Origin: an uncultured Chloroflexia bacterium
GTDB lineage: Bacteria; Chloroflexota; Limnocylindria; Limnocylindrales; CSP1-4
Length of the DNA: 64,000 nt
Direction: 5' to 3'
NCBI GenBank assembly: GCA_963828165.1
Contig: CAWHDR010000001.1
Coordinates: forward strand, 1,152,001-1,216,000
A program made the position numbers and the translations under genes. Of the stretch, positions 47,825 to 57,875 are shown piece by piece. The stretch's first letter is position 1; each line of letters begins with the position of its first letter. The notes under the pieces were generated by a model that worked only from the letters and a program-made list of their open reading frames with translations, was not told where the DNA came from and did not search any database.

Positions 47825-49119
47825 CCGAGATCCTGAAGACGCCGGCCAAATGGCCGACGATCCTCCTCGGGCGGGCGCATGCCAAGGACCCGACGGACCT
47901 CGATGCCGCCGTCGCAGCGGGCGCATTCACCGGCCTGCGCCGCGCCATCCGGGACCTGGGCCCGACCGCGATCATCGCGACGGTGGCCGAGTCCGGGCTG
48001 CGCGGGCGGGGCGGGGCGGGCTATCCGGCCGGCGAGAAATGGCGGACCGCGGCGACCACGGATGCCGACCGGCGCTACGTGGTGGCGAACGGCTATGGCG
48101 CTGACCCTGCCTCGCACACGGACCGCTCGCTGATGCTCCTGGACCCGTTCTCGGTGATCGAAGGCACGGCCATCGCCGCGTACGCGATCGGCGCGAACGA
48201 GGCCTTCATCGCCGTGCGATCGGAGGACGCCGACGTCATCGCAAGCGTGTCGGCGGCCATCGGCGCCGCGACGGACGCCGGCTTCGTGGGGGAGGACGTC
48301 TCGGGTTCCGGGCACGACATCCACATCACGGTCCGCCCCGTCCAGGGCGCATACATGCTCGGCGAGGAGACCGTCCTGCTCAAGGCGCTCGAGGGCAAGC
48401 GCGGCCAGCCCGAGCAACGACCACCGCACCCGGCCGAACGCGGGCTCTTCGACCGCCCGACGCTCGTCCACAACGTCCAGACTCTCGCGGCCGTGCCGTG
48501 GATCGTGCGCGAAGGCGCCACGGCGTTCCGCGCGACCGGGACGACCGGCAGCCCTGGGACGGTGCTCGTCCAGGTGCGCACGCCCGGCGGCAAGAACGGA
48601 GTCGCGGAAGTCCCGCTCGGCACGCCGCTGCGCGACGTCCTGGGCCTCGGCGGCAAGCTGCCGGCCGGTCGGTCGATGAAAGCGGTGCTGGTGGGCGGCC
48701 CATCCGGCGGGCTCTTGCCAGCGGACGCGCTCGACACCCCCTACGACTTCGAGCCCTTGCGGGCGGTCGGTGCGCACCTTGGATCAGGCTCTGTCGTGGT
48801 CGTCGACGATCGGACCGACCTGCTCGAGCTCGTCGGCGTCCTGACGCGGTTCTGTTCGAACGAGGCCTGCGGCAAGTCCATCCCGTGCCGGATCGGCGTC
48901 AAGCGCCTGGCCGAGATCGTCGCGCGGCGCGAGGAAGGCCTGCTGCGGCCGGTCGACATGGAGCTCGCGACGGACCTCGCGACCGACATCGTGGCCTCCG
49001 CCCTGTGCGACCACGAGCGGCTGGCCACCCTCCCCCTGACCAGCGGGATGCGATACTTCGGGTCCGACTTCGACCCTGCCCGCCGTCCCCAGCCGGCGTC
49101 GACCGAGGCCCCCCGATGA
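47821..49119 (+). CDS. NuoF/HoxF-like flavoprotein subunit with degenerate motifs
   Basis: SGLRGRGGAGYP.G.KW, GAY.LGEET, EGKRGQP, GGPSGG, LGSG, EACGKSIPCR...LC. Confidence 0.88.
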   Translation: MTEILKTPAKWPTILLGRAHAKDPTDLDAAVAAGAFTGLRRAIRDLGPTAIIATVAESGLRGRGGAGYPAGEKWRTAATTDADRRYVVANGYGADPASHTDRSLMLLDPFSVIEGTAIAAYAIGANEAFIAVRSEDADVIASVSAAIGAATDAGFVGEDVSGSGHDIHITVRPVQGAYMLGEETVLLKALEGKRGQPEQRPPHPAERGLFDRPTLVHNVQTLAAVPWIVREGATAFRATGTTGSPGTVLVQVRTPGGKNGVAEVPLGTPLRDVLGLGGKLPAGRSMKAVLVGGPSGGLLPADALDTPYDFEPLRAVGAHLGSGSVVVVDDRTDLLELVGVLTRFCSNEACGKSIPCRIGVKRLAEIVARREEGLLRPVDMELATDLATDIVASALCDHERLATLPLTSGMRYFGSDFDPARRPQPASTEAPR

Positions 49120-51782
49120 CCGACACCCTGGCCCGTCCACCCGGCCGCACCGCCACGACCGCACCGTCGGCTCCCGAGTCGTCCGCGGAGTCGCTCGCCG
49201 ATCGCCTGCTGGACACGCAGTCGCCGCAGCGCCCCCAGTCGACGCCGCGGATCCGCATCGAGGTCGACGGCCGCGTCGTCGAGGGCTTCGAGGGTCAGAC
49301 GATCCTCGAGGTCTGCCGCGACAACGGGATCGAGATCCCGACGCTGTGCTACGAACCCAAGCTGCCTGGCTTCGGTGCCTGCCGGATGTGCGTCGTCGAG
49401 GTCGAGGGCGAAGAGCACCCGCCGATCTCCTGCTCGCGCACCTGCGAGCCGGAGATGAAGGTCCAGACCCAGACCGAAACGGTCCGCCGCCTGCGCCGGA
49501 CGAACCTCGAGCTGATCTTCAGCGATCACAACGCGTACTGCCTGCCGCCATGCCAGAACAAGTGCCCGAGCCACATCGACATCCCGGGCTTCCTCAAGGC
49601 CAACGCCGAGGGCAACTTCCGCGAGTCGGCCCGCATCTTCAAGCGGACGATCCCGTTCCCATCCGTCCTCGGGCGGGTCTGCCCGGCACCGTGCGAGGAG
49701 CACTGCCGGCGCGACGAGGTCGATGAGGCGATCGCCATCCGCGATACGCACCGCTACGCCGGCGACCAGGTCCTCAAGGCGCAGCTGGACGACGGGATCG
49801 ATCCGCCGGTCCCGTTCGAACAGCAGACGAAGTCCGGTCGCACGGCCGCGGTCATCGGTTCCGGACCGGCCGGCATGGCCGCCGCGTATTACCTGCTGAT
49901 CGCCGGCCACGACGTCACGGTCTTCGAGCGCGACCCGGCACCCGGCGGCATGCTCCGCTACGGCATCCCGCAGTACCGCCTGCCCAAGGTCGAGGTCCTC
50001 GAGGCCGAGTACGAGTCGGTCATGCGCCTCGGCGCGAAGATGGTCACCAACGCCGGGCTCGGGCGCGATTTCACGCTCGACGACCTGACGATGCAGGGCT
50101 TCGACTCGGTCGTCGTGGCCATCGGCTGCTACGACACGAACAAGCTCGGGATCCCGAACGAGGACGCCGACGGCGTCATCGATGGGCTCGAGTACCTGCG
50201 CACGGCGACGCTCGGCCTGCCCTACCCCGACCACGTCGGCAAGCGCGTCGTGGTCATCGGCGGCGGCTTCACCTCGATGGACTGCTCGCGGACGTCGGTC
50301 CGCCAGGGCGCCGGCGAGGTCACGCTCGTGTACCGCCGCGACATGAAGGACATGCCGGCGGCCGACGAGGTCCACGAGGCCATCGAGGAAGGCGTGACCG
50401 CGATCTTCCAGGCCGGACCGACGCGGGTCATCACGGACGAGAAGACCGGCAAGGTCACGGGCGTCGAGTTCATCCGCATGCAGCTCGGCGAGCCGGACGC
50501 GTCCGGCCGGCGCCGGCCGGAGCCAGCGCCCGGGACGGAGTTCACGATCCCGTGCGACCGGGTGTTGTTGGCCATCGGCCAGGGACCAGAGCTCGATTGG
50601 CTGGCCCAGCCCGGCAACGAGGGCCCCGAGGCCACCAAGCAGCGACGTCTCAAGGCCGACTCCGTGACGTTCTCGACGGGCCGTCCCGGCGTCTTCGGCA
50701 CCGGCGACGTGCGGATCGGCGCGGCGACGGTGGTCGAGGCGATCGCCGAAGGCCGGCGCGCTGCCTATGCCGTGGACGCCTTCCTGAAGGGCATGGATCT
50801 CGACGCGATCCGGACGCGCCAGACGCTGGCCGAGCCCCAGCCGGAGTTCCTGTCGATCGTGCCGTTCACGGCCGAGATGAAGGAATCTCGCTACCGGTTG
50901 CAGGCCCTGCCTGCCGAGATGCGCAACCGGAGCTACATCGAGTACGAGCTGCCCTACACGCCCGAGGCGGCCGTGGCCGAGTCGACCCGCTGCCTGCAGT
51001 GCACGTGCGAGGCCATCGGCTTCTGCGACCTGCGACGGCTGGGGATCGAATACGGCACCACGCTCAAGACCCTGGAGCCGCAGAACCACCAGGGCGCGGG
51101 CTACCGGTCGGTGACGGAGAACCGGTTCACGGGCATCAACCACGACTACATCCGCGACGATTCGCACGCGTTCATCCTGCGCGAGCCCTCCCGCTGCATC
51201 GACTGCGGGCGGTGCGCGAATGTGTGCGCCGAGGTCGTCGGCGCCGCGTGCTACGACTTCATGCGCATCGGCTTCGACACGCTCGTCACGACGCCACTCG
51301 ACATGAGCCTCAACGACACCCCGTGCGTGTCCTGCGGGCGCTGCGCCGAGACGTGCCCGACCGGCGCCTTGATGCCGAAACCGCGGGTGCTCGAGAAGTA
51401 CGAAGTCGACGAGAGCCGCTGCATCCTGTGCGGGATCTGCGTCGATGCCTGCCCGTACGACGCACTGCGCGACGGCGCGGACTTCGAGCTCGCGCACACC
51501 GGCCGCGACGAGCCGAACATCGACCTCATGGCGCTCGCGGCGATCGACCGCGAGACCGAGGTCACGTACATCCGCCGCGAGCGCGACTGGGCGACGCGAG
51601 CGGCGGCCGAGGGCAGGATCATCGACCCGGGGCGGATGCTGCCGATGCTGCCACCCACGATCTCGGGCGTTCCGACGCCTGGCGCGATCGGCGCGGGCGG
51701 GAATGGACATGGGGGCAATGGACACGACCACGGCCACGATCACGGAGCGGTCGCGGCCCTCGGTCCGGGCGGGCACGAGTAG
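49116..51782 (+). CDS. Multidomain Fe-S flavoprotein: NuoG/HoxU-like [2Fe-2S], GltD/NfnB-like FAD-NAD(P)H domain, 2x[4Fe-4S], and NuoI C-terminal half
   Basis: IPTLC...GACRMC..C; HNAYCLPPCQNKCP; GRVCPAPCE..C; IGSGPAG; GGMLRYGIP.YRLP; IGGGFTSMDC..YRR; RCLQC.C...C; CIDCGRC..C; CVSCGRC..CP; KYEVDESRCILCGICVDACP.DAL....FELA. Confidence 0.88.
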   Translation: MTDTLARPPGRTATTAPSAPESSAESLADRLLDTQSPQRPQSTPRIRIEVDGRVVEGFEGQTILEVCRDNGIEIPTLCYEPKLPGFGACRMCVVEVEGEEHPPISCSRTCEPEMKVQTQTETVRRLRRTNLELIFSDHNAYCLPPCQNKCPSHIDIPGFLKANAEGNFRESARIFKRTIPFPSVLGRVCPAPCEEHCRRDEVDEAIAIRDTHRYAGDQVLKAQLDDGIDPPVPFEQQTKSGRTAAVIGSGPAGMAAAYYLLIAGHDVTVFERDPAPGGMLRYGIPQYRLPKVEVLEAEYESVMRLGAKMVTNAGLGRDFTLDDLTMQGFDSVVVAIGCYDTNKLGIPNEDADGVIDGLEYLRTATLGLPYPDHVGKRVVVIGGGFTSMDCSRTSVRQGAGEVTLVYRRDMKDMPAADEVHEAIEEGVTAIFQAGPTRVITDEKTGKVTGVEFIRMQLGEPDASGRRRPEPAPGTEFTIPCDRVLLAIGQGPELDWLAQPGNEGPEATKQRRLKADSVTFSTGRPGVFGTGDVRIGAATVVEAIAEGRRAAYAVDAFLKGMDLDAIRTRQTLAEPQPEFLSIVPFTAEMKESRYRLQALPAEMRNRSYIEYELPYTPEAAVAESTRCLQCTCEAIGFCDLRRLGIEYGTTLKTLEPQNHQGAGYRSVTENRFTGINHDYIRDDSHAFILREPSRCIDCGRCANVCAEVVGAACYDFMRIGFDTLVTTPLDMSLNDTPCVSCGRCAETCPTGALMPKPRVLEKYEVDESRCILCGICVDACPYDALRDGADFELAHTGRDEPNIDLMALAAIDRETEVTYIRRERDWATRAAAEGRIIDPGRMLPMLPPTISGVPTPGAIGAGGNGHGGNGHDHGHDHGAVAALGPGGHE

Positions 51783-51790
51783 GCCGGACG

Positions 51791-52384
51791 GTGCTCGCGA
51801 AGCTCGTCCCGATCCTCATCGCGCTCATCGTCATGGGCGCCGTCCTCGGCATCGCGGCCCTCATGCTGATCGTGCTTGGCCAGGACTGGGACGACGCACT
51901 CTTGTGGATCCTGTCCGCCGTGATGCTGGGCTCGGGGCTCCTGGTCGTGACGATGCGCGACATCATCCGCTGCGGCCTGGCGATGATCGTGTGCTTCCTC
52001 GCCCTGGCCGGGATCTACGTCCTGATGGGGGCGCCTTTGCTGGGGGCCGCCCAGGTCATCGTCTATATCGGCGCGATCAGCGTGCTGATCCTCTTCGCGA
52101 TCATGCTGACCCAGACCAAGGACGCCCCGAGCCGGCTGGTCTTCCAGACCCAGGCCGTGCCGGCGGCCATCGCGGCCGTCGTGGTCGCCATCCTCATCGC
52201 GCTGGCCGTGGCAGCGACCGACTGGGGTGAGCTGACCGAGCGTGTGCGCCTCGCCACGAGCAGGATGTCGGAGGTCCTGTTCGAGCAGTTCGTGTTCCCG
52301 TTCGAGATCGTCAGCGTCCTGCTGCTGGCGGCCGTGATCGGCGGCGTGTTCCTGGCCAAGCGCGAACCGGGCGGCCCGCCGTGA
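51791..52384 (+). CDS. nuoJ: NADH-quinone oxidoreductase subunit J
   Basis: [46 protein letters not shown]. Confidence 0.92.
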   Translation: MLAKLVPILIALIVMGAVLGIAALMLIVLGQDWDDALLWILSAVMLGSGLLVVTMRDIIRCGLAMIVCFLALAGIYVLMGAPLLGAAQVIVYIGAISVLILFAIMLTQTKDAPSRLVFQTQAVPAAIAAVVVAILIALAVAATDWGELTERVRLATSRMSEVLFEQFVFPFEIVSVLLLAAVIGGVFLAKREPGGPP

Positions 52385-52698
52385 GCGACAGCCTCGATGC
52401 GTACCTGATCCTGTCGGGGATCCTCTTCGCCATCGGTTCTTTCGGCTTCCTGGCCCGGCGTAACGCGATCAGCATGCTGATGTCGATCGAGCTGATGCTC
52501 AACGCCGTCAACCTCGCCATCGTGGCCTTTGCCGCGTTCAGTCCGGCCCTCGACGCACAGGCCCAGGGCTCGGTCATCGCCCTGATGGTCATGGCGGTAG
52601 CCGCCGCCGAGGCCACAGTCGGGCTGGCCATCGTCATCGCGATCTACCGGAACAAGAAGACCCCTCTCGTTGACGAATACGACGCGATGTCCCGGTGA
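52381..52698 (+). CDS. nuoK: NADH-quinone oxidoreductase subunit K
   Basis: LFAIG..G...RRN...[25 protein letters not shown]. Confidence 0.95.
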   Translation: MSDSLDAYLILSGILFAIGSFGFLARRNAISMLMSIELMLNAVNLAIVAFAAFSPALDAQAQGSVIALMVMAVAAAEATVGLAIVIAIYRNKKTPLVDEYDAMSR

Positions 52699-54701
52699 GC
52701 CTCGAGTCGCTGATCCCGCTGCTTGTCATCCTGCCCATCGCAGGCTTCGCGGTCACGGCGCTCGTCGGGCGACGGCTGGGCAAGCAAGCCCACTGGGTCC
52801 CGGTGCTCGTGATCCTCGGCGCGTGGGCCATCGCGATGGCCCTGGCCTTCCAGGTGCTGACGGGCGCCGCGCCGCTGCTTGAGGGATCCGAAGAGGCACA
52901 CGGGTACGCCCTTCACTGGTTCACCTGGATCCCGGCCGGCGACTTCGTCGTGGAGGTCGGCTTCGTCGTTGACTCGCTGACGGCGTGCCTGCTGATCGTG
53001 GTCACGACGATCGGGCTGCTCGTCCACATCTATTCGGTCGGCTACATGAGCCACGACCCGGGGTACTGGCGCTTCTTCGCCTACCTGAACCTGTTCATGT
53101 TCTCGATGCTGCTGCTGGTCCTCGCGGATTCTTGGCTCGTGGTGTTCGTGGCGTGGGAGCTGGTCGGCCTGTGCAGCTACCTGCTCATCGGCTTCTGGTA
53201 CCGCAAGCGCTCGGCCGCGCTGGCCGCCAAGAAGGCGTTCATCGTCAACCGCGTCGGCGACATCGGTTTCGCGCTCGGGATCATGGCCATCTGGGTCAAC
53301 ACCGGCGCCGTGGGCGAGGCGACGCTGAACATCCGCGAGTCCATCCATACGATGCTCGAGGCGGGCGATGCCAACCCGATCCCGCTCTTCGCGACCGCGT
53401 TGCTCGTGTTCGCCGGAGCCATGGGCAAGAGCGCCCAGTTCCCGCTCCACGTCTGGCTCCCCGACGCGATGGAGGGCCCGACCCCGGTGTCGGCGCTCAT
53501 CCACGCGGCCACCATGGTCAACGCCGGCGTGTACCTGGTCGCCCGGGCGAACGAGCTGTTCGCCTCCGCCCCCGACGCGATGGTCATCGTCGCCGCGATC
53601 GGCATCTTCACGGCCATCCTCGCGGCGACGATCGCCATGACCCAGACGGACATCAAGCGGGTCCTCGCCTATTCCACGCTGAGCCAGCTCGGCTACATGT
53701 TCGCGGCGCTCGGGGTGGGCGCGTTCACCGCGGCGATCTTCCACCTCATGACCCACGGCTTCTTCAAGGGCCTGCTGTTCCTGGGTTCCGGTTCGGTCAT
53801 CCACGCCGTCCACGAAGAGCAGGACATGCGCCGGATGGGGGGCCTCGCCTCGAAGATCCCCATCACCTACGCGACGATGTTCATCGGCTCCATCGCGATC
53901 GCCGGCATCCCGCCGCTGGCAGGCTTCTTCAGCAAGGACGAGATCCTGGGTGAGGCCTTCAAGTTCGGCTTCTACTGGGTCTGGGGGATCGGCCTGTTCG
54001 TCGCGTTCCTGACGGCCTTCTACATGTTCCGGCTGATGGGTTTGACGTTCTGGGGCGCGTTCCGAGGTCCCAAGGAGCTCTGGGACCGCATCCACGAGTC
54101 ACCGCGGGTGATGACCGTGCCGCTCATCCTGCTGGCGATCCCGTCGATCTTCCTGGGCATGGTGCTCGGCCTCCCGCTCGGCGACAGCACCCTCCATCAC
54201 TGGCTGGAACCGGTCTTCCACCATTCGACCGAGGAACTGCTCCACCTCCCGCACGAGCCGTACGCGCTGTTCGGCATCGACGGCGGGCTGATCCTTGCGA
54301 GTGTCACGGTCGCCGCGATCGGCGTGGCCCTGGCCTGGCGCCTGTTCGGAGCCGACGTCGGCGCGCTGCGCCTGCCGGCCCGACCCGAGCGGGTGCGCGA
54401 GATCAGCTCACGTCCCGGCCTCTCGTTCCTCTATCGGGCATCGCTCAACAAGTGGTGGTTTGACGAGCTCTACCACTTGCTGTTCATCGTTATCGGTGGT
54501 CGGATCGCGGCGGCGATGTGGTGGTTCGATCGGGAGGTCGTCGACGGGACCGTGAACGATGTCGGCCGGGCCACGGTCGGTGCGGGGCGCGGGCTGCGGC
54601 GCGTGCAGACCGGTCGAGTCCAGAACTACGCGCTCGGGATCGCCCTCGGCCTGATCGTCATGGCTGGTTCCTACCTGATCCTCGTGGGGAACCCGCGATG
54701 A
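52695..54701 (+). CDS. nuoL: NADH-quinone oxidoreductase subunit L
   Basis: [68 protein letters not shown]. Confidence 0.96.
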   Translation: MSLESLIPLLVILPIAGFAVTALVGRRLGKQAHWVPVLVILGAWAIAMALAFQVLTGAAPLLEGSEEAHGYALHWFTWIPAGDFVVEVGFVVDSLTACLLIVVTTIGLLVHIYSVGYMSHDPGYWRFFAYLNLFMFSMLLLVLADSWLVVFVAWELVGLCSYLLIGFWYRKRSAALAAKKAFIVNRVGDIGFALGIMAIWVNTGAVGEATLNIRESIHTMLEAGDANPIPLFATALLVFAGAMGKSAQFPLHVWLPDAMEGPTPVSALIHAATMVNAGVYLVARANELFASAPDAMVIVAAIGIFTAILAATIAMTQTDIKRVLAYSTLSQLGYMFAALGVGAFTAAIFHLMTHGFFKGLLFLGSGSVIHAVHEEQDMRRMGGLASKIPITYATMFIGSIAIAGIPPLAGFFSKDEILGEAFKFGFYWVWGIGLFVAFLTAFYMFRLMGLTFWGAFRGPKELWDRIHESPRVMTVPLILLAIPSIFLGMVLGLPLGDSTLHHWLEPVFHHSTEELLHLPHEPYALFGIDGGLILASVTVAAIGVALAWRLFGADVGALRLPARPERVREISSRPGLSFLYRASLNKWWFDELYHLLFIVIGGRIAAAMWWFDREVVDGTVNDVGRATVGAGRGLRRVQTGRVQNYALGIALGLIVMAGSYLILVGNPR

Positions 54702-56359
54702 CGCTCAACGCGTTCCCGATCCTGTCGCTGGTCACGTTCCTGCCGTTGGTCGGGGCCTTGGTGGTGGCGATCCTGCCCTCCAGGTTCACCCGACCGGTCG
54801 CGCTCGGTTTCGCGCTCGCGGCGTGGGTGGTCTCGCTGCTCCTGCTGATCGGCTACCTGCCCGGGCGGCTGGGCACGCAGTTCCTGTACGTCGAGGTGTA
54901 CGACTGGATCCCGATCTTCGGCATCCAGTACAAGCTCGGCGTCGATGGGTTATCGGCCGCCCTGGTCGTGCTCACGACCACGCTGACCTGGATCTCCATC
55001 CTGGCGAGCTGGAAGCCGATCCAGACCCGGATCAAGGAATACATGATCAGCTTCCTGGTCCTCGAGGTGGGGATGATCGGCGTCTTCCTCGCCCTGGACA
55101 TGTTCCTGTTCTACATCTTCTGGGAGATCGTCCTGGTCCCGATGTACCTGATCATCGGCATCTGGGGCGGCGCGAACCGGATCTACGCGACGATCAAGTT
55201 CGTCCTGTACACGCTCGTCGGGTCGCTCCTGATGCTCGTGGCCATCCTGGCGACGGCATTCGCCTACCAGGCGGCCAACGGCGGCTCGTGGGTCGGCGCC
55301 TTCGACTTTGAGACGTTGCGCACGTTTGCCAGCGGCGGCGGCTTCTCGCCGGCCCTCCAGGTGGGTGCCTTCCTGGCCTTCTTCCTGGCGTTCGCGATCA
55401 AGGTCCCCATGTTCCCGTTCCACACGTGGCTGCCCGACGCGCATACCGAGGCGCCGACCGCGGGCTCGGTGATCCTGGCCGCGATCATGCTCAAGCTCGG
55501 CGCGTACGGGTTGATCCGCTTCGCGGTGCCGCTGTTCCCGGACGCGGCCCTGACGTTCGCGCCGGTCGTGATCGTGCTCTCGCTGATCGCGATCATCTAC
55601 GGGGCGATCGTGGCGCTCGTCCAACCGGACCTCAAACGGCTCGTGGCCTTCTCATCGGTCAGCCACATGGGCTTCGTGACGCTGGGCCTGTTCGTCTTCA
55701 CGGAGCAGGGCGTCCAGGGCGCGATCCTCCAGATGATCAACCACGGACTCATCACGGGTGGCCTGTTCCTCCTGGTCGGCGTCATCTACGAGCGGACCCA
55801 CGACCGGACGATCGCGAAGATGGGCGGGCTCGCGGCGCGGATGCCAGTGTGGGCCGCCGTGTTCGGGTTCTTCGCCTTCGCGTCTGGCGGGCTGCCGGGC
55901 CTGTCCGGCTTCGTCGGGGAGTTCCTCACGCTGGTCGGGACGTTCGACGTCAGCCCGCTGGGCGCGACGATCGCGGCCTTCGTGATGGTTCTCGCGGCGG
56001 GGTACCTGCTGTACATGTACGGGCGCATCGTCTTTGGCGAGGTCTCCGGGTTCATCGCAGGCCTTGGGAATCACCTGGCGGACATGACCCCGATCGAAAC
56101 GCTGACCCTTGTGCCGCTGGCGACGCTGATCGTCGTGTTCGGCTTGCAGCCGGGGCTGCTGCTCGACCTCGTGCGGGGGACGGTGCGTGAGACGCTGGGT
56201 GCCGCGTCGACGGGCGCGCCCCTGTCGGTCGGCCCAGAAGTCGTGCTGATCGGTGTCGCCATCGTCGTGCTGGCCGTGATCGCCCGGATCGCGTTCGCCC
56301 TGCGACCGGGGCGGTCGGAGCCCGCAGGGACCGTGGCCGCCGAAGGCGGCGCCCATTGA
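54698..56359 (+). CDS. nuoM: NADH-quinone oxidoreductase subunit M
   Basis: LGVDGLS, FYIFWE..LVPMY, KVPMFPFHTWLPDAHTEAPTAGS, SSVSHMG, GLPGLSGFVGEF. Confidence 0.96.
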   Translation: MTLNAFPILSLVTFLPLVGALVVAILPSRFTRPVALGFALAAWVVSLLLLIGYLPGRLGTQFLYVEVYDWIPIFGIQYKLGVDGLSAALVVLTTTLTWISILASWKPIQTRIKEYMISFLVLEVGMIGVFLALDMFLFYIFWEIVLVPMYLIIGIWGGANRIYATIKFVLYTLVGSLLMLVAILATAFAYQAANGGSWVGAFDFETLRTFASGGGFSPALQVGAFLAFFLAFAIKVPMFPFHTWLPDAHTEAPTAGSVILAAIMLKLGAYGLIRFAVPLFPDAALTFAPVVIVLSLIAIIYGAIVALVQPDLKRLVAFSSVSHMGFVTLGLFVFTEQGVQGAILQMINHGLITGGLFLLVGVIYERTHDRTIAKMGGLAARMPVWAAVFGFFAFASGGLPGLSGFVGEFLTLVGTFDVSPLGATIAAFVMVLAAGYLLYMYGRIVFGEVSGFIAGLGNHLADMTPIETLTLVPLATLIVVFGLQPGLLLDLVRGTVRETLGAASTGAPLSVGPEVVLIGVAIVVLAVIARIAFALRPGRSEPAGTVAAEGGAH

Positions 56360-57852
56360 TCGCCCAGGACTTCGTCACGATCTCCCCGCTTATCGCGGCC
56401 GTGCTGACGGCCGCCGCGGTCCTCGTCGCGGACCTGATCCGGCCCGGCCGTTCCGGCCCCTCGGTCGCGACCGCGCTCATCGGACTCGCCCTGACGGCGC
56501 TGATCACGCTGTCCGTCGGCAGCACGGAGGCCACGGCCTTCGGCGGCTCGTACACGGTCGACCCGCTGACCACGTTCCTCGACATCCTGTTCATCGCCGT
56601 GATCGTGATGACGATCCTGTTCGCCCCCGATTACCTCCTGCCACGCGGGCTGCCGGTGGCGGAGTTCGCGACCGTGCTGATCTTCGCGATGAGCGGCGCG
56701 ATGCTGCTCGCCGGCTCCAGCGACCTGCTGCTGCTCTTCCTCGGCCTCGAGCTCATGGTCCTCCCGGGCTACCTTCTCGCCGGCTTTCACAAGACCGATG
56801 GCTTTTCGACCGAGGGCGCCATCAAGTACTTCCTGCTCGGCTCGTTCAGCTCGGCGATCTTCCTGTTCGGGCTGGCCTTCGTGTGGGGTTTGACCGGGAC
56901 GACGCTCGTGGCCGGTCCGGACGGCATCGCGGCCAGGCTGGCGGCGATCGTCGCGGGTGAGGCGCCGCTGTCCGCGGGCCTGGCGATGGGCCTCGCGTTC
57001 ATGACGACGGGTGTCGCATTCAAGATCGCGGCCGTGCCGTTCCACTACTGGACACCAGACGCGTACCAGGGCTCGCCGACACCGGTCACCGGCTATCTCT
57101 CGGTCGGCCCCAAGATCGGCGCGTTTGCCCTGATCCTGCGGCTGTTCGTGGAAGCGCTTGGGCCGCTTGCCGACGTGTGGCTCCCGGTCGTCATCATCCT
57201 GGCCGCGTTCACGATGACGCTGGGCAACCTCGTGGCCCTCACGCAGGACAACGTCAAGCGGATGCTTGGCTACAGCTCCATCGCGCACACCGGCTACATG
57301 CTCGTCGGGCTCGCCGCGTACGCGGCCGGCGAGCTCCAGGGCCTGTCGGGCCTGCTCTTCTATCTCGCCGCCTACGCATTCATGAACCTCGGGGCGTTCG
57401 CCGTGATCGCCGCGCTCCAGAAGCGCGCCGGGGTGACCTCTCAGCTCGACACGTTCGCCGGGCTCGGCCGGCGGGAGCCGCTCCTGACCGTGCTCATGAC
57501 GCTGTTCCTGCTGTCGCTCATCGGGATCCCGCCGACCGCCGGGTTCTTCGCCAAGTACGAGATCATCGTGGCCGCGGTGCAGGCCGGCGGGGCGCTGACG
57601 TGGCTCGCGGTCCTGGTGGTCCTCAATGCCGCAGTGGCCGCCTTCTACTACCTGCGGGTCGTCGTCTACATGTTCATGCGCGATCCCGCGACCGACGCAC
57701 CGGCGCTCCGCCACGGCGCGCTGATGTGGGGTGGCCTCGCGGCCGCGACCGTCCTGACGATCCTCCTGGGGCTGTTCCCGACGGCGCTGCTCGGGATCGT
57801 CGACCAGGCTGCGCAGGCGCTCCTGGGCACGGCGGGCATCGCGGGGACCTGA
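56356..57852 (+). CDS. nuoN: NADH-quinone oxidoreductase subunit N
   Basis: EGAIKYFLLG, FKIAAVPFH.WTPDAYQGSP, KRMLGYSSIAH.GY, GIPPTAGFFAK, YYLR. Confidence 0.96.
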   Translation: MIAQDFVTISPLIAAVLTAAAVLVADLIRPGRSGPSVATALIGLALTALITLSVGSTEATAFGGSYTVDPLTTFLDILFIAVIVMTILFAPDYLLPRGLPVAEFATVLIFAMSGAMLLAGSSDLLLLFLGLELMVLPGYLLAGFHKTDGFSTEGAIKYFLLGSFSSAIFLFGLAFVWGLTGTTLVAGPDGIAARLAAIVAGEAPLSAGLAMGLAFMTTGVAFKIAAVPFHYWTPDAYQGSPTPVTGYLSVGPKIGAFALILRLFVEALGPLADVWLPVVIILAAFTMTLGNLVALTQDNVKRMLGYSSIAHTGYMLVGLAAYAAGELQGLSGLLFYLAAYAFMNLGAFAVIAALQKRAGVTSQLDTFAGLGRREPLLTVLMTLFLLSLIGIPPTAGFFAKYEIIVAAVQAGGALTWLAVLVVLNAAVAAFYYLRVVVYMFMRDPATDAPALRHGALMWGGLAAATVLTILLGLFPTALLGIVDQAAQALLGTAGIAGT

Positions 57853-57875
57853 GCCCGGCCGCCCGTGGCGGCCCG

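Noticed and set aside
48741-51776. Long antisense or alternate-frame ORFs (1011 aa here; also 4250..6046, 45565..47256, 56071..57714)
   Set aside because: Shadow ORFs of GC-rich coding genes with no recognisable motifs
49116-51782. Glutamate synthase small subunit, formate dehydrogenase or [FeFe]-hydrogenase
   Set aside because: No gltB nearby, no molybdopterin domain and no H-cluster motifs; the GltD unit is an internal domain
47141-51782. Intein or mobile element interrupting nuoI
   Set aside because: The insert comprises separate redox genes with their own starts and stops; no splicing motifs, transposase or terminal repeats seen
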